DNA from: Mobula hypostoma
Taxonomy: Eukaryota
Reading direction: 5' to 3'
DNA: 64,000 bases
NCBI RefSeq assembly: GCF_963921235.1
Contig: NC_086108.1
Coordinates: 31,188,001 to 31,252,000 of the forward strand
Shown: piece by piece, positions 46,632 through 60,900 of the stretch
How positions within the stretch are numbered: the stretch's first letter is position 1
How the letters are laid out: each line of letters starts with the position of its first letter
Position numbers and translations under genes: made by a program
The notes under the pieces: generated by a model
The model's database searches: none
What the model was told of the DNA's origin: nothing
What the model saw: only the letters and a program-made list of their open reading frames with translations

Positions 46632-49120
46632 CATTCCCAAGAAGAATGTGGTAAATCTACAAAGGTACCTCAATGACTGTCATCCAGTAGCACTTACATC
46701 TACTGTGTTGAATTGCTTTGAGAGCTTGATTATGAAACATATCAGCTCCTGCCTGGGTTGAGTCAGAAACATTCATATCGTGACCCGGTTAATCCAAAAG
46801 GAGACCAATCCTGACACCACACGCCAGACAAGAATGGCTGACTGTCTGGTGCGACACGCTAAAACAAAACTCCTGCCCATGGAGTGATTTGGATCCACTC
46901 CAATTTGCCTACCGCCACAGCAGATCAACAGCAGATGCCATTTGTACCATATACAACCCTGAGATATATTTTCTAGCGGATATACTCAATGAATCTATGA
47001 TAGAATAATAACCCTAACAGAATCAGTGAAAGGCTGGACTAACTTGGGCATTTAACCAGTGTGCAGAAGAACGCTATCATCTCCTCAAAACTAATCAATA
47101 AGCTCCAAGACCTAGTCCTCAATTCCTCCTTGTGTAACTGGATCCTCAATTTCCTCACTTGTAGACCCCAGTGTGTTTGGACTGGCAACAACGTCTCCAC
47201 AATCTCTGCCAGCATAGGTGCACCTCAAGGCTGTGTGCTTAGCTCTCTAATCTACTTACTTTATACTTATGACTGTGAGGCTAAATATAGCTCCAATGGC
47301 ATATTTAAGATTGCTGATGACACCTCTGTTGTTGGCCATATCAAAGGTTCTAATGAATCAGCATATAGGAGGGAGATTGTAAACCTAGCTGAATTGTGCC
47401 ACAACAACAACCTCTTACTCAATGTCAGCAAAACCAAAGAAATGATGATTGATGACAGGAGGGAAAAAACGGAGGTCCACGAGCCAGTCTTCATCAGGGG
47501 ATCAGAAGTGGAGAGAGTCAGCAACTTTAAATTCCTATGCGTATTAATATCAGAGGGTCTGTCCAGGGTCCCGCACATAACTGCCATAACCAAGAAGGCA
47601 TGGCAGCACCTCTACTTTCTTAGCAGTTTGTAAAGATCTGACATGATATCTAAAACTTTAGCAAACTTCCATAGATGCATAATGGAGAGTACGCTGAATG
47701 GTTGCGACACTGCCTGACATGGGAATACCGCTGCCCTTTGATGGGAAAACCTACAAAACGTGGCCGATTCAGCCCAGTCCAACATGGGTAAAGCCCTGCC
47801 CACCACTGAGTACAATAACAAGAAGCGCTGTCGCAGGAAAGCAGCATCCACCATCAGGGACCCCCACCATCCAGGCCATATTCTCTTCTCACTTTTGCCA
47901 TCAAGAAGTAGATACAGTCGGCCCTCCTCATCCGCGAGTTCTGCATGCGCGAGTTCAATCAACCGTGAATCGAGAAAACCCGGAAGTGCTCTTCCAGCAC
48001 TTGTTGTTTGAGCATGTACAGACTTCTTTTCCTTGTCATTATTCCCTAAACAATGCAGTATAACAACTATTTTACATAGCATTTACGCTGCATTAGGTAT
48101 TATAAGTAATCTAGAGGTGATTTAAAGTATACGGGAGGATGTGCGTAGGTTATTGTGGATCAGGATGGAAAAAAAACAGAAGTTCTCTTAATAAGTAAGT
48201 CGGAACAGGTACATCCAGTACTATTTAGCATCAGTTAGTCAAACGTTTGTCTTAGTATATAATATATATTTTACCTTTCTATGCATATAAAACACTTAAG
48301 AAACGTATGTTTCAGCGCCGGGCTCGGGAGCAGAAATTCCCAAGTTCGATCCAGTGACAGACCGCTCCCGAGCGTGCTCTCCATCTGTGCCGGGTTGATG
48401 TAGAGGATCAAAAACCCAAAACCCCAAAACCCAATAACTAAACCACTGTGTTGCTTAGTAATAATTGTAGTTTTAATCGGGGCAGGGCCTTTCTCACTTT
48501 ATCCTTTAAAATTGTGCCGATTGTTGACTGAGTATAGCCTAATGCTTTTCCAATGACCGATGGTGTTTCGCCTCTTTCTGATCGCTTTATTATTTCCACT
48601 TCATTTTCAATCGTGATCGTGATTCTTTTCGTGAACAGAAACACTGCGGATTCAGAGCTCCACCATCGGGTCCTAATGTCCACCGCACTGAAACAGGTTA
48701 AATAAGGTCCAGGGTTCTGCTGGGTCCTAAGATCCACTGCATTCAGACAGGTTGAATAAGGGACTTGAGCATCCGTGTTTTTTGATATCTGCGAGGGGTC
48801 CCGGAACCAATCCCTCGCAGATATGGAGGGCCGACTGTACATGAGCCTCAGACCCCACAACGCCAGGTTCTGGAACAGTTATTGCCCTTAACTATCGGGT
48901 TTTTGAACCAGAGGGGACAATTTTGCTGAACTTCCAGACCTATGGACTCACTTCCAAGGACTCTACAACTTATGTTCTCGATATTTATTACTTGTTTATT
49001 ATTATTATTATTATTGTTTCTTTGCGCATAGGTTGTTTGTCTGCTTTGTTATGCACAGTCTTTCATTAATTCTATTGTGTTTATTTTTATTTACTATGAA
49101 TATCCACAAGAAGATGACAT
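46632..49120 (+). mobile_element. Decayed Rex1/Babar-type LINE (RT to 3' UTR) with nested insertions
   Basis: [54 protein letters not shown]; split by a Tigger element and smaller inserts. Confidence 0.8.
47915..48837 (-). mobile_element. Tigger/pogo-family non-autonomous DNA transposon
   Basis: TA duplication; ~24-bp TIR CAGTCGGCCCTCC..ATC.GCGAG at both ends; minus-strand CENP-B-like HTH remnant KRITITIENEVEIIKRSERGETPSVIGKALG...STIGTILK. Confidence 0.88.
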
Positions 49121-49127
49121 ATACAAT

Positions 49128-49515
49128 ACTGTAGAAAAGTCCTAGGCACATGTAAAAACTCTGTAAAGTGAAGATGTTTTCAAATAAAATGAAATGAGTA
49201 GTTTCTAAATATCAAAAAAATACTATGGAGCAGTAAACAGTAAAATTCAATCAAATTAGTATGTGGTGTGAACACCTTTTGCCTCTAAACCTGCATCAGT
49301 TCTCTGAAGTACACTCTTGCAGTTTGATAAGAACATTGGATGGTAGGTTGTTCTAAGTATCTTGGAGAACTTGTCACAACTCTTCTGCAGACTTTGGCTG
49401 CTTCTGTCACTCCAGGTAATCCCAGACAGCCTTGATGAAGTTGAGTTCAGGGCTCTGGGGAGGCCATACTATCTGAACCATATGATAAATCTAGACTGCC
49501 TAAGATTGATGCATT
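49128..49515. mobile_element. Decayed Tc1-like non-autonomous element
   Basis: TACTGTAGAAAAGTCCTAGGCAC ... TGCCTAAGA degenerate inverted ends, and an internal Tc1-like TTCAGGGCTCTGGGGAGGCCA segment. Confidence 0.4.
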
Positions 49516-50139
49516 TTTTAAAATTTTCATTTGTAGCAGAAGAAAAAAATTGATTAACTGACTGACTAACTGCTAGCGTTAGTCTCACAAGTGTAGGATG
49601 TAGCCTTGGGCAGGCCAATTGCATTAGAATAATATGTCCTGGTAATCTGACATTTTAATATGTATACTGTGCCCAAGTTACAAATATTGAATTTAATTCT
49701 GGAAGAAACTTAACACTGTTGCCGGCATTCAATGCACTGTAGCTGGGATTGTATTAGTGCTGATAAGCTACAGCCAACAATAATATGTCATAGTGGGACG
49801 TACGGAGAAATGGTTAAATTTGCCTGGTACTCTTCAGAACATACTAAGGTGCTTCACACCGTCCTTTTGTAACGTAGTAAATATGGCCTATCAACTTACA
49901 TTCCAGGCAATAATGACTAAATTATTGTTGAGAGAAGGGAAACAAATAAAGATAAAGCTTAGCTTTATTTATCGCATGTATGTTGAGACATACATGTACA
50001 TTGAGTCAAATCAAATCAGCAGGGATTGTACTAGTCAGCCCACAAGTCTCACCACGCTTTCGGCACCAAAATAGCAAGACGACAAATTATGAGCAAGAGA
50101 GAGATAAAGAAAGAGCGAGGGAAGAGGAGCGAAAGGGGT

Positions 50140-50260
50140 TTGGTATAAGGTCTCTCTTTGAAAGATGGCACCTCCAACAGTATAGATCTTTCTTTGATCT
50201 GCACTGTATGTCAAGCCTAGATTTTAGGCTGATGCCTCAGGAGGACGACTCAGAGGCAAC
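50140..50260 (-). mobile_element. Ancient DeuSINE-like relic (similar remnants near 37915-38040 +, 52480-52650 -, 58900-59040 +)
   Basis: GAAAGATGGCACCTCCAACAGT...CTGCACTG..TGTCAAGCCTAGATTTT resembles the reverse complement of the AmnSINE/SacSINE core; recall-based. Confidence 0.4.
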
Positions 50261-53200
50261 AGCGCCACCAGCAGTGCAATTGCTTACAACTGCTTATCTT
50301 TGGATTTAGCAATAGCTGGGAAACGAGCCAAAACAGCTTGCAGCCCTCTCACTCCTCTGAACCTATTAGTTCTACAAGTAGCCGCCTCCACTGGTGCTAA
50401 CAAAGCTAATACTACTGTAAAGTGACAGCAAGCCATGGAAGGTTGAGCAATAATAAGAGATAAGGTAGAAAGGTAAAAAGTAAGATAAATGAATGGCCTT
50501 TAAAAAGGTGCAGTACATCTACTTTTTCAGGCCACTCCTCTCCAGACATTCTCCAAAGAGCCCAGACTCCCTGACTCCAAGCCCGCCCTCAGCTTAACTT
50601 CTTCCAGACTTTGAGTGTGTCCAATGTTCCCGAGCTTGGAGCCAGCAGGCTGCATCATGTGTCTAACCACAGCCTATTGCTACAAAGGCCCCATCCTCAT
50701 ATTAAACTATCATTCCCCATGGAAAACAAAGAGTTTACCAGCATCCAAAGCGTATCTATGAGTTTTAATTGACAACGATTCATTAGTAAAATCAGCATAT
50801 CAAATCAGGTTAGAAATTCCAGGAGAGCAAGGTTGAGACATTAATGTTTGAGCATCAATGATGGTTGAAAGATAGCAGTTGATCAGGAACTTAGCATTGT
50901 CTGAGACAGCTATCGAATATTGTAACAGGTCACTCAGGGTAGATAGGTTATCATTAGAAAAATACAATGAAGAATATCTTGAAGTGGCTTGTAAAGAAAG
51001 TGGGTTCCACCTATATGGGACTCTAAGCCCGTTATGACAATTGACATCAATTGCTTATTGATGTTACCCTGATTTCCATTTCAATCACATTAAGCATGGA
51101 GGGATCAATTTAGTCTTCCACCATGATCATTGTGCCTTCAGGAATATCTACAAGAAACAGTGGGAAAAGTGTGCAAGATATCCTTGCGGGCATGCATATT
51201 AATCACATTGGGTTCTCTGAGTATTAGGATGTAGCAGCCTTTCTTAGGATCAAGCATCCAAAACATAAGGAGGGCTAGCATGTCTCTTTATTGCTCTTGG
51301 TCTGTAGGGATTAGCTAGTGTTTCTCACCTAGCATGTGACTAGGACAGACCTGATGTTCTCTGCTGTGTGTCCCTATGATCAATGTTGTGAATGACATCT
51401 TTATGCTGGCAGTATAATGATGAAGGGGGCTTCTGTCTGCTCAGCTAGATCTCCCCCACTTCACCCTTTAAAGAGCCCCCATTACCACTTTTCTAAAGCT
51501 GCTGAATTATTCTGCAATTTGCCTGCAAACTTATTACTTGAACTCCTTTCCACCATCCAATTGATTACAGAATACATTCAGCTCCTTCCTTCTAACCAGA
51601 TAGATTCCCTATCAAATCCTTAGTCTCAGAACCCCCAGGAGAACCTCATTAAACTTCTTTCTAGACCAACTGGAAATAGTGTTTTGGGTCACAAACATAA
51701 TTTTGCATTGCAGTTACAATCCAACAGATCTATGCTGGTGTGTATGCTCCTCCTGAGTCTCCATCAAACCTTCTACACGCCGATCTGTGGCATTCCATTC
51801 TTTCTTCTCAACATGGTTATCTTGAAGCATCAAGGCTAATCAGCATCTGCTCCCCGTCCTCCATGTTCCAACCACCCTCTGGATGAACAGGTTTCACCTC
51901 AATTTCCTATTGGTCTATTATTAACCTTAAAGTTTTAGCTCCTTGTTTTGTTCAATTTCAAAGACATCCAATGGATCACTCCTACATTTTACCTTTACTA
52001 AAGTTCAAATTTCAAAATACATTTATTATTAAAGTATGTATACTACATACAACCCTGAGATTCACCTTTTTACAGACAGCCACAAGAGAACCCATTAAAA
52101 TATGAAGACTGTCAAAACACCCAATGTGCAGAAAAAAAGAGATAAGAGGCACGCTTAATTCAACTCCCCCTGTTTCTAACTTAATCCACCCTTACCTTAT
52201 TAAGTGTTCTCAGTTACAGCATCATTTAATCATATGCATAATGTCAGTTTGGTCAATTCCTCCTTAATTTAATGCTGAAAGCAAAAATACTGTAGCTGCT
52301 ATGAACTGGAAATGTTGGAAACGCTCAGCAGGTCAGGCAGAGCAAAGGAGACAGAAACGATTAAAATTCCAGTTCAATGACTATCTATGGTCTCTAGTTT
52401 TAGGAAACTTTTTCATTGAAGAGCTGGTAGCAATCATTTAAATCACTCATTGTAATGGATGGATTATTGTATAAATAGAGAGATGGATATTGATCAGGAC
52501 ACTGGAGACAATTCCACAGTTCTTTCAATCATGTCCTGGAATAATTAAACTCCAATTTATAAATAAAAGAGGCCACAGCTCAATAATTCAAATACATGTC
52601 AGCTTTACCTGCAATACAGCAGTCCCTCAGTAGAGAACAGGAGTGTCGACCTTGTGTGATCGAATCCCAGACTTACATTCAAACTCCAGTGGGGGTAGAG
52701 GTGAGTGGGGGGTGGGGGGGGGGAAACACCTTACCTCTTGACAGAAGAAACAGGATCCTCTGATAAACATCTCGCTGATGTTTGGTAACATATTTTATTC
52801 TGTAGAAGCACATGTTGACTGATGAGTCATTGGCTTCATCACTTTAGAAATAAATGGCAGGGACTTTCCCTAAGAGCAAAAGAATAGTCATACAGTATAA
52901 ACAGGTCCCAGATTAAAGCTCTCTGCACCTTTACAGAGAAATTGGTGTAGGTGTTGCTACTAGCTGTTAACAATATCTCCCTCCTTTCCACTTATTTACC
53001 ATCCAACAATTCCAGTCCAACAATGTAGGCAGCAAGATGTTTGTCTGATCTGAACTTCTATGACTATGTAGTGCTTTTACCGGAGGTGTGTGAATTCAAG
53101 GTGCTGAATTAGTAAAGGCATCTACAAGAGGTTAAGGCTTTCAGGAAAAAGCGAGACTCAAGGCATGGATAAAAACTGGAAGGAAGGGCAAACTATGGTG

Positions 53201-53299
53201 CATCCAGTAATAAAATACTTTTAAATAAGTTCTCCAAACAACATAAGACACTGAACTACAATCTAAACATTGCATAGAATCTGTAGCCCACAGGATGAA

Positions 53300-55640
53300 A
53301 GTTCAAAGTAAATTTATTATCATAATACGTATACATCACCATATATATTTTCTTGGGTTATATTTTCTTGCAGGCATTTACAAGAAAAAATACAATAGAA
53401 TTTTGTGAAAGTCTACGCATGCTATACATAAACAGCCAAAGTGTGACAATCGACCAATGTGCAAAAGAAGCTATGCAAATACACATCACACCAAGACCAT
53501 GAGAAGTAAAAGGATCCTTGAAAGTGAATCTGTCAGTCATAAAATCAGTTCAGAGGAGTGGTGACTGAAGTTATAGAACATAGAACATAGTAATAGTACA
53601 GCACAGTACAGGCCCTTCGGCCCACAATGTTGTGCCGACCCTCAAACCCTGCCTCCCACAGGGTTCATCATTATAAGATCATAACACCATAAGACATAGG
53701 AGCAGAATTATACCATTACATCATGACTCTGCTATTACATCATGGCTGATTTATTATCCCTCTCAACCCCATTTCCCTGCCTTCTCCTTGTAATCTTTGA
53801 CGCCCTGACTAATCAAGAAACTATCAACCTCTGCTTTAAGTATACCCAATAACTTGGCATCCACAGCCGCCTGTGGCAATGAATTCTATAGATTCACTGC
53901 CCTGTGGCCAAATAAATTCCTCCTTAACTCTGTTCTAAATGGACATTCCTCTCTTCTGAGGCTGTGCCCTCTGGCCCTAGCCTCACTAACTATAGAAAAT
54001 ATCCTCTTCACATTGACTCTATCTAGGCCTTTCAGTATTCCATAGGTTTCAATGAGATCATTCTTCTGAACTCCAGCAAGTATAGGCCTAGAGCAACCAA
54101 AGACTCCTCATGCATTGTCTCTTTCATTCCTGGAATCATTCTCATGAACTTCCTCTGGAAACCCTTCAATGACAACGTATCTTTCGTTAGACAAGAGCAA
54201 CTCACAATACTCCAGCTATGGTCTGACCAATGCTTTATAAAGTTAAAGTTAGGTTCAGTTCTAATTGCAGAATTTGGAATACAGCCACCAATCACCATGC
54301 TGACCAGTGAAAAATCAAGTAAAAACGGGTTTGGGAGAAATATCCTGTGCCCACCAGGTCCGGTCCATGTGTGACTTCAGACCCAATAATTTGTGGACGC
54401 CCTCTGAAATGTCCCAGTGGATCACTTTGTTACAGCGTTACAGCAACACCCAAATAGGTACCATGGAAAATTATTTGCAATATACTCCAATCTCTACAGA
54501 AACAAGTTCAAGATGAAGTTTACTGTCATAGGCAGACATACCCAGGGTATACTGTAAATAACACAGAAATGGGCTTTTTCAGCCCCATCACTGTACTGAC
54601 AATCACGATATACTTAAATTGTATGAACATAAATTATACATAACTTATTTGACTCAATAAACAAAACTAACTTAATGACATTAGTGCAAGTTGAGGGAAA
54701 TATAATCCAAGGAAGAATTACCACATAGAACAATACTGCATAGGCCCTTTGGCCCATAATGCTGTGCTAACTGATATAAACCTCCATGATCAATCTAACC
54801 CTTCCTTCCTTCCTATACGACCTATAACCCTCCATGTTTCTTACATCCATATGTCGATCTAAGAGTTTATATGTCTCTATTGTAACAGCCTCTATCATCA
54901 TCCCCAGTGATATGCTGCAGGTACCTATCATGAAATTTGTTAACTTAGTAGTGCAATGCATGATAAATATGGGAAGAAAAATCCGAATGACAGTAAGTAT
55001 ATATATATGGTATAGTTAAATTAAGTAAGTAGTGCAAAAGCAGAAATTAAAAAAAGTTAGTGAGGTAGTGCTCATGGGTTCAATGTCCATTTAGAAATTT
55101 GATGGCAGAAAAGAAGCTACTGTTCCTGAATTGCTGAGTGAGTGCCTTTGGGCTTCTGTACTTCCTTCCTGATGATAATAATGAGAAAGGAGCAGGTCCT
55201 GGGTGGTGGGGGTACTTAATGATGGATGCTGCCTTTTCGAAGCACTGCTCCTTGAAGATTTCTTGGATAAAAGCCCAAGATTGTTCAACATTTCCTCATG
55301 AATTTTGTTCTCTAAGCCAGGCCACATCCTGTTGGATCTCTCTAAACCTTCCATATCCTTCCTATAATGAGGCAACCAGAAATGACCTCAATACACTTCA
55401 ATTTGTTTCAACCACAGTTTTATAGAGCTGCAATATTACCCCACGGCTCTTGAACTTTATCACTCAACCTGATCACCTGACCAACACACTATACACCTTC
55501 TCAACCATGCTATCAAATTGCATGGCAACTTTAAAGGATCAATCACCTTGGACCGTACACTCACTCTGTCCCTCCACACTGCTAAGAATTCTGTCAATAA
55601 CCTTGTACTCAGCCTTTAAGTTCAATTTTCCAATTAAATA
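53300..55640 (-). mobile_element. Cluster of 5'-truncated LINE 3' ends (Rex1-like 53300-53570 and 54925-55260; CR1 53575-53660, 53677-54240, 54720-55640)
   Basis: Tails (CATAGAA)n and (CCATAAGA)n; peptides QRKFMRMIPGMK...LGLYLLEFRR and PHYRKDMEGLER. Boundaries approximate. Confidence 0.7.
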
Positions 55641-56289
55641 AATAACACAAAGGACATTATGCTTGTTCATTTATTTATTGAGAAAAATGGTCCAATATTA
55701 AATTGGGTTTTCTTTATATAGTTTTAGGACTTATGTGAAGATCTGATCACATTTTCGGTCATACTTATGTAGAAATAAGAGAAAATTCTACAACCCCCAC
55801 AAATGTTCCAGCACCACTGTATATATTTGAAGTCCCAATAGACCTTCAATAATTGCTTCTGCATTAGCTGCAAAACCACTGCTTCCTGCATGACAATTAT
55901 TCCTAAAATAAAAACACATTCAGCTAAAAATGAAAGCTAAAATACTGCAGATACTGGAAATCTAAATTAAAAATAGAAACAGCTGAAAACAGAGCTAAAC
56001 TACTGAGTGTATACATTCAACTGCAAAACTGTTTTACAGGATTCAAAGTATTGACTGCATGTTCTGAATTAGGGAACATTGATTTTCAGCAGCAGAGTTC
56101 ATATAATTACATAGAAGATAGAGCACTGAAACAGGTCAGTCAACTGATCTGTGTCAGTGTTTATGTTCCACACAAACTTCCTCCCACCCCTCATTATCTA
56201 ACACTGTCTCTTGGGTAATGCCCTATACTCAGAAAGCAGTGAGTAAACTGAGCTATAAGGCCTCTGTGTCTTAAAGATCTTAAAGGGTT

Positions 56290-57730
56290 TTGAAGGATGT
56301 TGCATGAAGCAATGTTGTAACATTTTTAAAAATGGCAGAGATTAATCTTCAAACTAGGAAATTATAGGCCAGCAAGTCTGACATCAGTGGTGGGAAAGTT
56401 TTTGGTAGGTGTTCTAAGAGACCAAATGTATATGGATAGACAGGGACTGGTTAAGGATAGTCAGCATGGCTTTGAGCATGGTAGGTCATGTCTCACGAAT
56501 CTTACACAGTTTTTCAAGGAAGTTACCAAGAAAATGGATGAAGGCAAGGCAGTGGATGTTGTCTTCATAGACCTTAGCAAGACATTTGACAAGGTCCTGC
56601 GTGCGAGGTTGGTCAATAAGGTTCAATGGCTTTACATTCATGATGAGGTATTAAATTGGATTAGACGTTGGCTTTGTGGGAAAAGCCAGAGAGTGGGAGT
56701 AGATGGTTGCCTCTGTGACTAGTGGTTTGCGGCAGGGATTGGCGCCGGCCCTTTGTTATTTGTCATCTATGTCAATGATCTGGATGACAATGTGGTCAAT
56801 TGGATCAACAAATTTGCAGTTGACACCAGGTTTGGGAGTATACTGGCAATCAGGGAAGTCTATCATGGCTTGCAGAGGGATCTGCATCAGCTGGAAAAAT
56901 GGGCTGAAAAATAGCAGATGGAATTTAATACAGATAAGTACAAGGTTTTGCATTTCCGTAGGACCAGCCAGGGTAGGTCTTATGCAGTGAATGATAGGAC
57001 ACTGAGGAGTGTCGTAGAACAAAGGGTTCTGGGAATACAAGCACATAATTTGTTGAAAGTGGCATCACAAGTAGATAGGGTCATAAAGAAAGCTTTTGGC
57101 ACATTAGCCTTCATAAGTTGGTGTATGGAGTACAGGAGATGGGGAGTTATTTTGAAGTTCTATAGGATGTAGGTGGGGCCTAATTTAGAGTATTGTGTGC
57201 AGTTTTGGTCACCTACCTACAGGAAAGATTTAAACAAGGTTGAAAGAGCTCAGCAAAAATCTACAAGAATGTTGCTGGGTCTGGAGGACTTGAGTTCTAA
57301 GGAATGATTGAGTAGGTTACGACTGTATTCCTTAGAAAGTGGAAGATTAAGAGGAGATTTGATGGAGGTATACAAAATTATGAGGGGAATAGATATGGTT
57401 AATGCAAGCAAGATTTTTCCACTGAGGTTGGGTGGGACAACAACCAGAGGTCATGTGCTAAGGGTGAAAGGTGAAAAGTTTAAGGGGAACGTGAGGGGCA
57501 ACATCTTCACGAATGGAATGAATTGCCAGCACAACTGATGCATGTGAGCTCAATTTTGACGCTTAAGAGAAGTTTGGAAAGGTGCATGGAGCGTAGGGAC
57601 TTTGAGTGCTCTGATCCTGGTGCAGGTTGGTGGGAACAGCAGGTTCAATGGTTTCTGCATGGACTACAATGGCTGACGGGCCTGTTTCTATGCCGTACTT
57701 CTCTATGATTCTGTGACTCTATGACTCTAG
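56290..57730 (+). mobile_element. Decayed CR1 RT-to-3'-end fragment
   Basis: NYRPASLTSVVGK, SQHGF..GRSCLTNL, DLSKTFDKV, RLRGDLMEVYKI, and (CTATGACT)n tail. Confidence 0.85.
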
Positions 57731-59834
57731 GTCAAGAAATTTGCACTTTAATTCATGTATGGACATGGATATTGTTCACATGGTTAACTTTTCAGCTTTC
57801 AATATATTCCCTCGACAAATGAACCTTTGCCCTGATTAGGTATTTTTTAATGGCTGATTAGCAATTCAAGGAAATTAGAATGCCTGTTTACATGAAGTTT
57901 TTTAGGCCATTTCCGAAATTCACACATAAAGGTGCAAGAGTTCCGCTGCGGGATAGGTACTGTTGTAAACTGACTTACTGGATCAGTGAATGGAGGAGAG
58001 CACAGTGACGCAAATTGATGACGCAATGGCATCTCTGAGCAGACGATTGCATTGCCACTGAAACCACATCATGATCGAAAGGGTGAATGCCAGAAAGCTA
58101 AACTGAAAGCACAGCATGCTCGAAAAAAAAGCTCCCTACTGTCTAAATAGAGAAATAGCAGGCCAACCTTTTTGGTGAAAACCCTTTGCTGAAACTGGAA
58201 GCTGAGAGAGTAGCAAACTTAGCTGTGAGCGGTGAAAGGTGTCTGTTGACTAGAGGGGAGAAAGAGGAAGAAAACTGGTTCTAATTGGAAACTCTTTCGA
58301 AGAACCGAAATGAGATGAAGGGACTGAATATCCTCTGCTCAATTTCAATTGAATGGTCAAGTAGACATGCTGAACAATGTTGAGAACAGTTTATTGATAA
58401 AAATAACCAAAACCACAGACTCTCAGCAGGTCAGGTAGCATCTGCTGAGAAGCTTTTGGAACAATGACAGATCTGATAATATTATTTTGTTTGTTGAAGT
58501 AAGTGCTAGAAGTTAAAGCACAGATATTTCTGGCACTGCTGTCAGAATGGAGAGGGTTTGGCTTTCCCCTTGATCCAGCTGATATCTGATTGAATTATTT
58601 CACACAGAAGTGGGGATAGACATGGGACTTTCACTCTTGATTCGATCTTTGCCAAATAACAGCTGAAATGGTGAAGATGTTTCAACTAGTTACCACTCGG
58701 GGAAAGGAAGGGAGAATGTAATGAGGCACAGGAAGGTCACAGCAAGGAAGGAACCTCAACTAGCAGGAGTCGTGTTGATTAAGGCAACAGGATTCCCAGA
58801 AGTTGCGGGAGAGGGGAGGTTATTTAGGCAATGTGTCACTGATGGTGTACTTGATGTGGAGGTGCTAGGTCAATGGTTTCAAGTCTCTCTCAAAGGTCTG
58901 GAGCCCAAAGCTTAGGCTGATAATTCAGTACAGTACTGAGGACGCACTACAACAAGGCAAGTGCCATTTTTTTCTCTAAGGTTTGAGACCAAGGCTCTGC
59001 CTATTTTGTTGGGTGAATATAAAATATTTCTATTCAGAGAAAATGAGTGAACAGGCTAAGGTAGAAATTTAATCTAAAGGAAAACATTAAATTAACTGGT
59101 GAATTCCAATATTAAAAGAAACAAAATTGTATTAATATCATATGATGCCCAAAAGAGTAAACTTACACAAGCATAGAGATCGTATTTACTTCTCAACAAC
59201 TCCCAGCTTGGCCACACTCAACATGCTCTGCGCAGTCTACACACTCTTTATTTTTACACTGTATAAATTATGTTCTGTGTTATCTGTCCCTACCTGCCGG
59301 TAATTTTTTCATTGTGTTGTGTTTCGCCATACTCGTGGACATGATAATAAACTCAACTTGACTTGAAACTCCTGGGTGGGCATAACTGAATGTCTTCCGG
59401 AAAGCCAAATTTGCCACATCCAGGTGCATTTTCCCTCTATTCTAGTAGTCACATCTTCAAAGAACAGCTGATTAGTTAAAAATGGATTTCTTTTCATAAA
59501 TTCATGACAATTCCATACAAACCTATTATTCTTTTCAATTATTATTCTTCACTTCTACCCTTTGTTAACTATTCCAGCATTTCCCCTACCTCCAATATTA
59601 TGCCAATAGATTCCCAGCTCTTTGTTTTCCCTCTCTATCCTTTCGTAAATAATTGAATCGCATTTGCTATCTGACAATCCATCAAAACAATTCCAGAATA
59701 TAGAGGTATATAATTCACTCTCTCTAAAGCCACCTCTTTCAAAGCTTTGTGGTGTAAGTCATCAGCTCCTTGAGATCTGTCAACTTTCAAGTTGTCGAGC
59801 TTCTGCTGTACCGTTTTTGACTAAAAATAATTCT

Positions 59835-60340
59835 GCCCACGGGCTGATTGTCAAACTCCCATCTGGGAAGGGTTACGTAGCGTACACACCAGAACCGCCA
59901 GACTCAAAGGGGTCTTGGCCCAAAACGTCGACTGTACTTCTTCCTAGAGATGCTGCCTGGCCTGCTGCGTTCACCAGCAACTTTTTTTTTTGAGTGTGTT
60001 GCTTGAATTTCCAGCATCTGCAGATTTCCTCGTGTTTGCAAGACTCAAAGATAGTTACTTTTCCCAAACAGTAAGACGGATCAAAACTTTCACCCACTAA
60101 CTCCATCACTACTTTATTATTTTCCGTCAGTCACCTTACGTACAGCCTAGCATCACTTTATGGACATTCAATCAATCTTTGTATATAAGCTATGCTATGC
60201 ATTTATATTTATTGTGTGTGTTTTTTGTGTTATTATTGTCTTCATTATTTTTTGTTGCTGCATCGGATCCGTAGTCAGTATGATTTTGTTCTCCTGACAC
60301 TTCTGTACGGGCGATGACATTAAATAATCTTGAATCTTGA
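59835..60340 (+). mobile_element. Rex1-like 3' end carrying a 131-bp Penelope-like terminus insert (59910-60040)
   Basis: Insert flanked by an exact 10-bp duplication AGACTCAAAG (59900-59909, 60041-60050); the host ends in (TCTTGAA)n. Confidence 0.75.
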
Positions 60341-60589
60341 ACCTAAAAGTTACTTCATTCAACTTCTTATTCTCACTGGACCTTTAATTTGTAAATAAAT
60401 CTGTGTTTTCCTTCGGGAAATTGTTACAGAGTTATACAGAGAAATTGTTTAGTAACTCCATAACTTCCTTAATTCCTTTTATAATTTCTCCTGTCTCTGT
60501 CTATATAGGGCTAAAACTGGCATTCACTAGTCCTTTATTTTTTACATACCTGCAATGGCAAAGTCAATATTTTAAACTATTGTCATACT

Positions 60590-60900
60590 AGAATTAGGCC
60601 ATTCAGTCTATCATTGTCTGTTTCACCATTCCATTCTGGCTCATTTATTATCCCTCTCAACCCCATTCTCCTGCCTTCACATAACCTTTGACACCCTTAC
60701 TAATCAACATACTCATTAAATTTACTCAAAGAATTGACCTCCACAGCCGTCCGTGGCAATGAATTCCATAGATTACCAACCTCTGGTTTGAAAATCCCTC
60801 ATCATCTCTGTTCTAAAAGGATGTCCTTCTATTGTGAGGCTGTGCCCTTTCCCCTACACTCCCCCACTATACAAAACATCCTCTCCACATCCATTCTCTA
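60590..60900 (-). mobile_element. Decayed CR1 3' end
   Basis: Same family as 38376-38750 and 53677-54050 (TTTATTATCCCTCTCAACCCCATT...GTGGCAATGAATTCCATAGATT). Confidence 0.75.
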
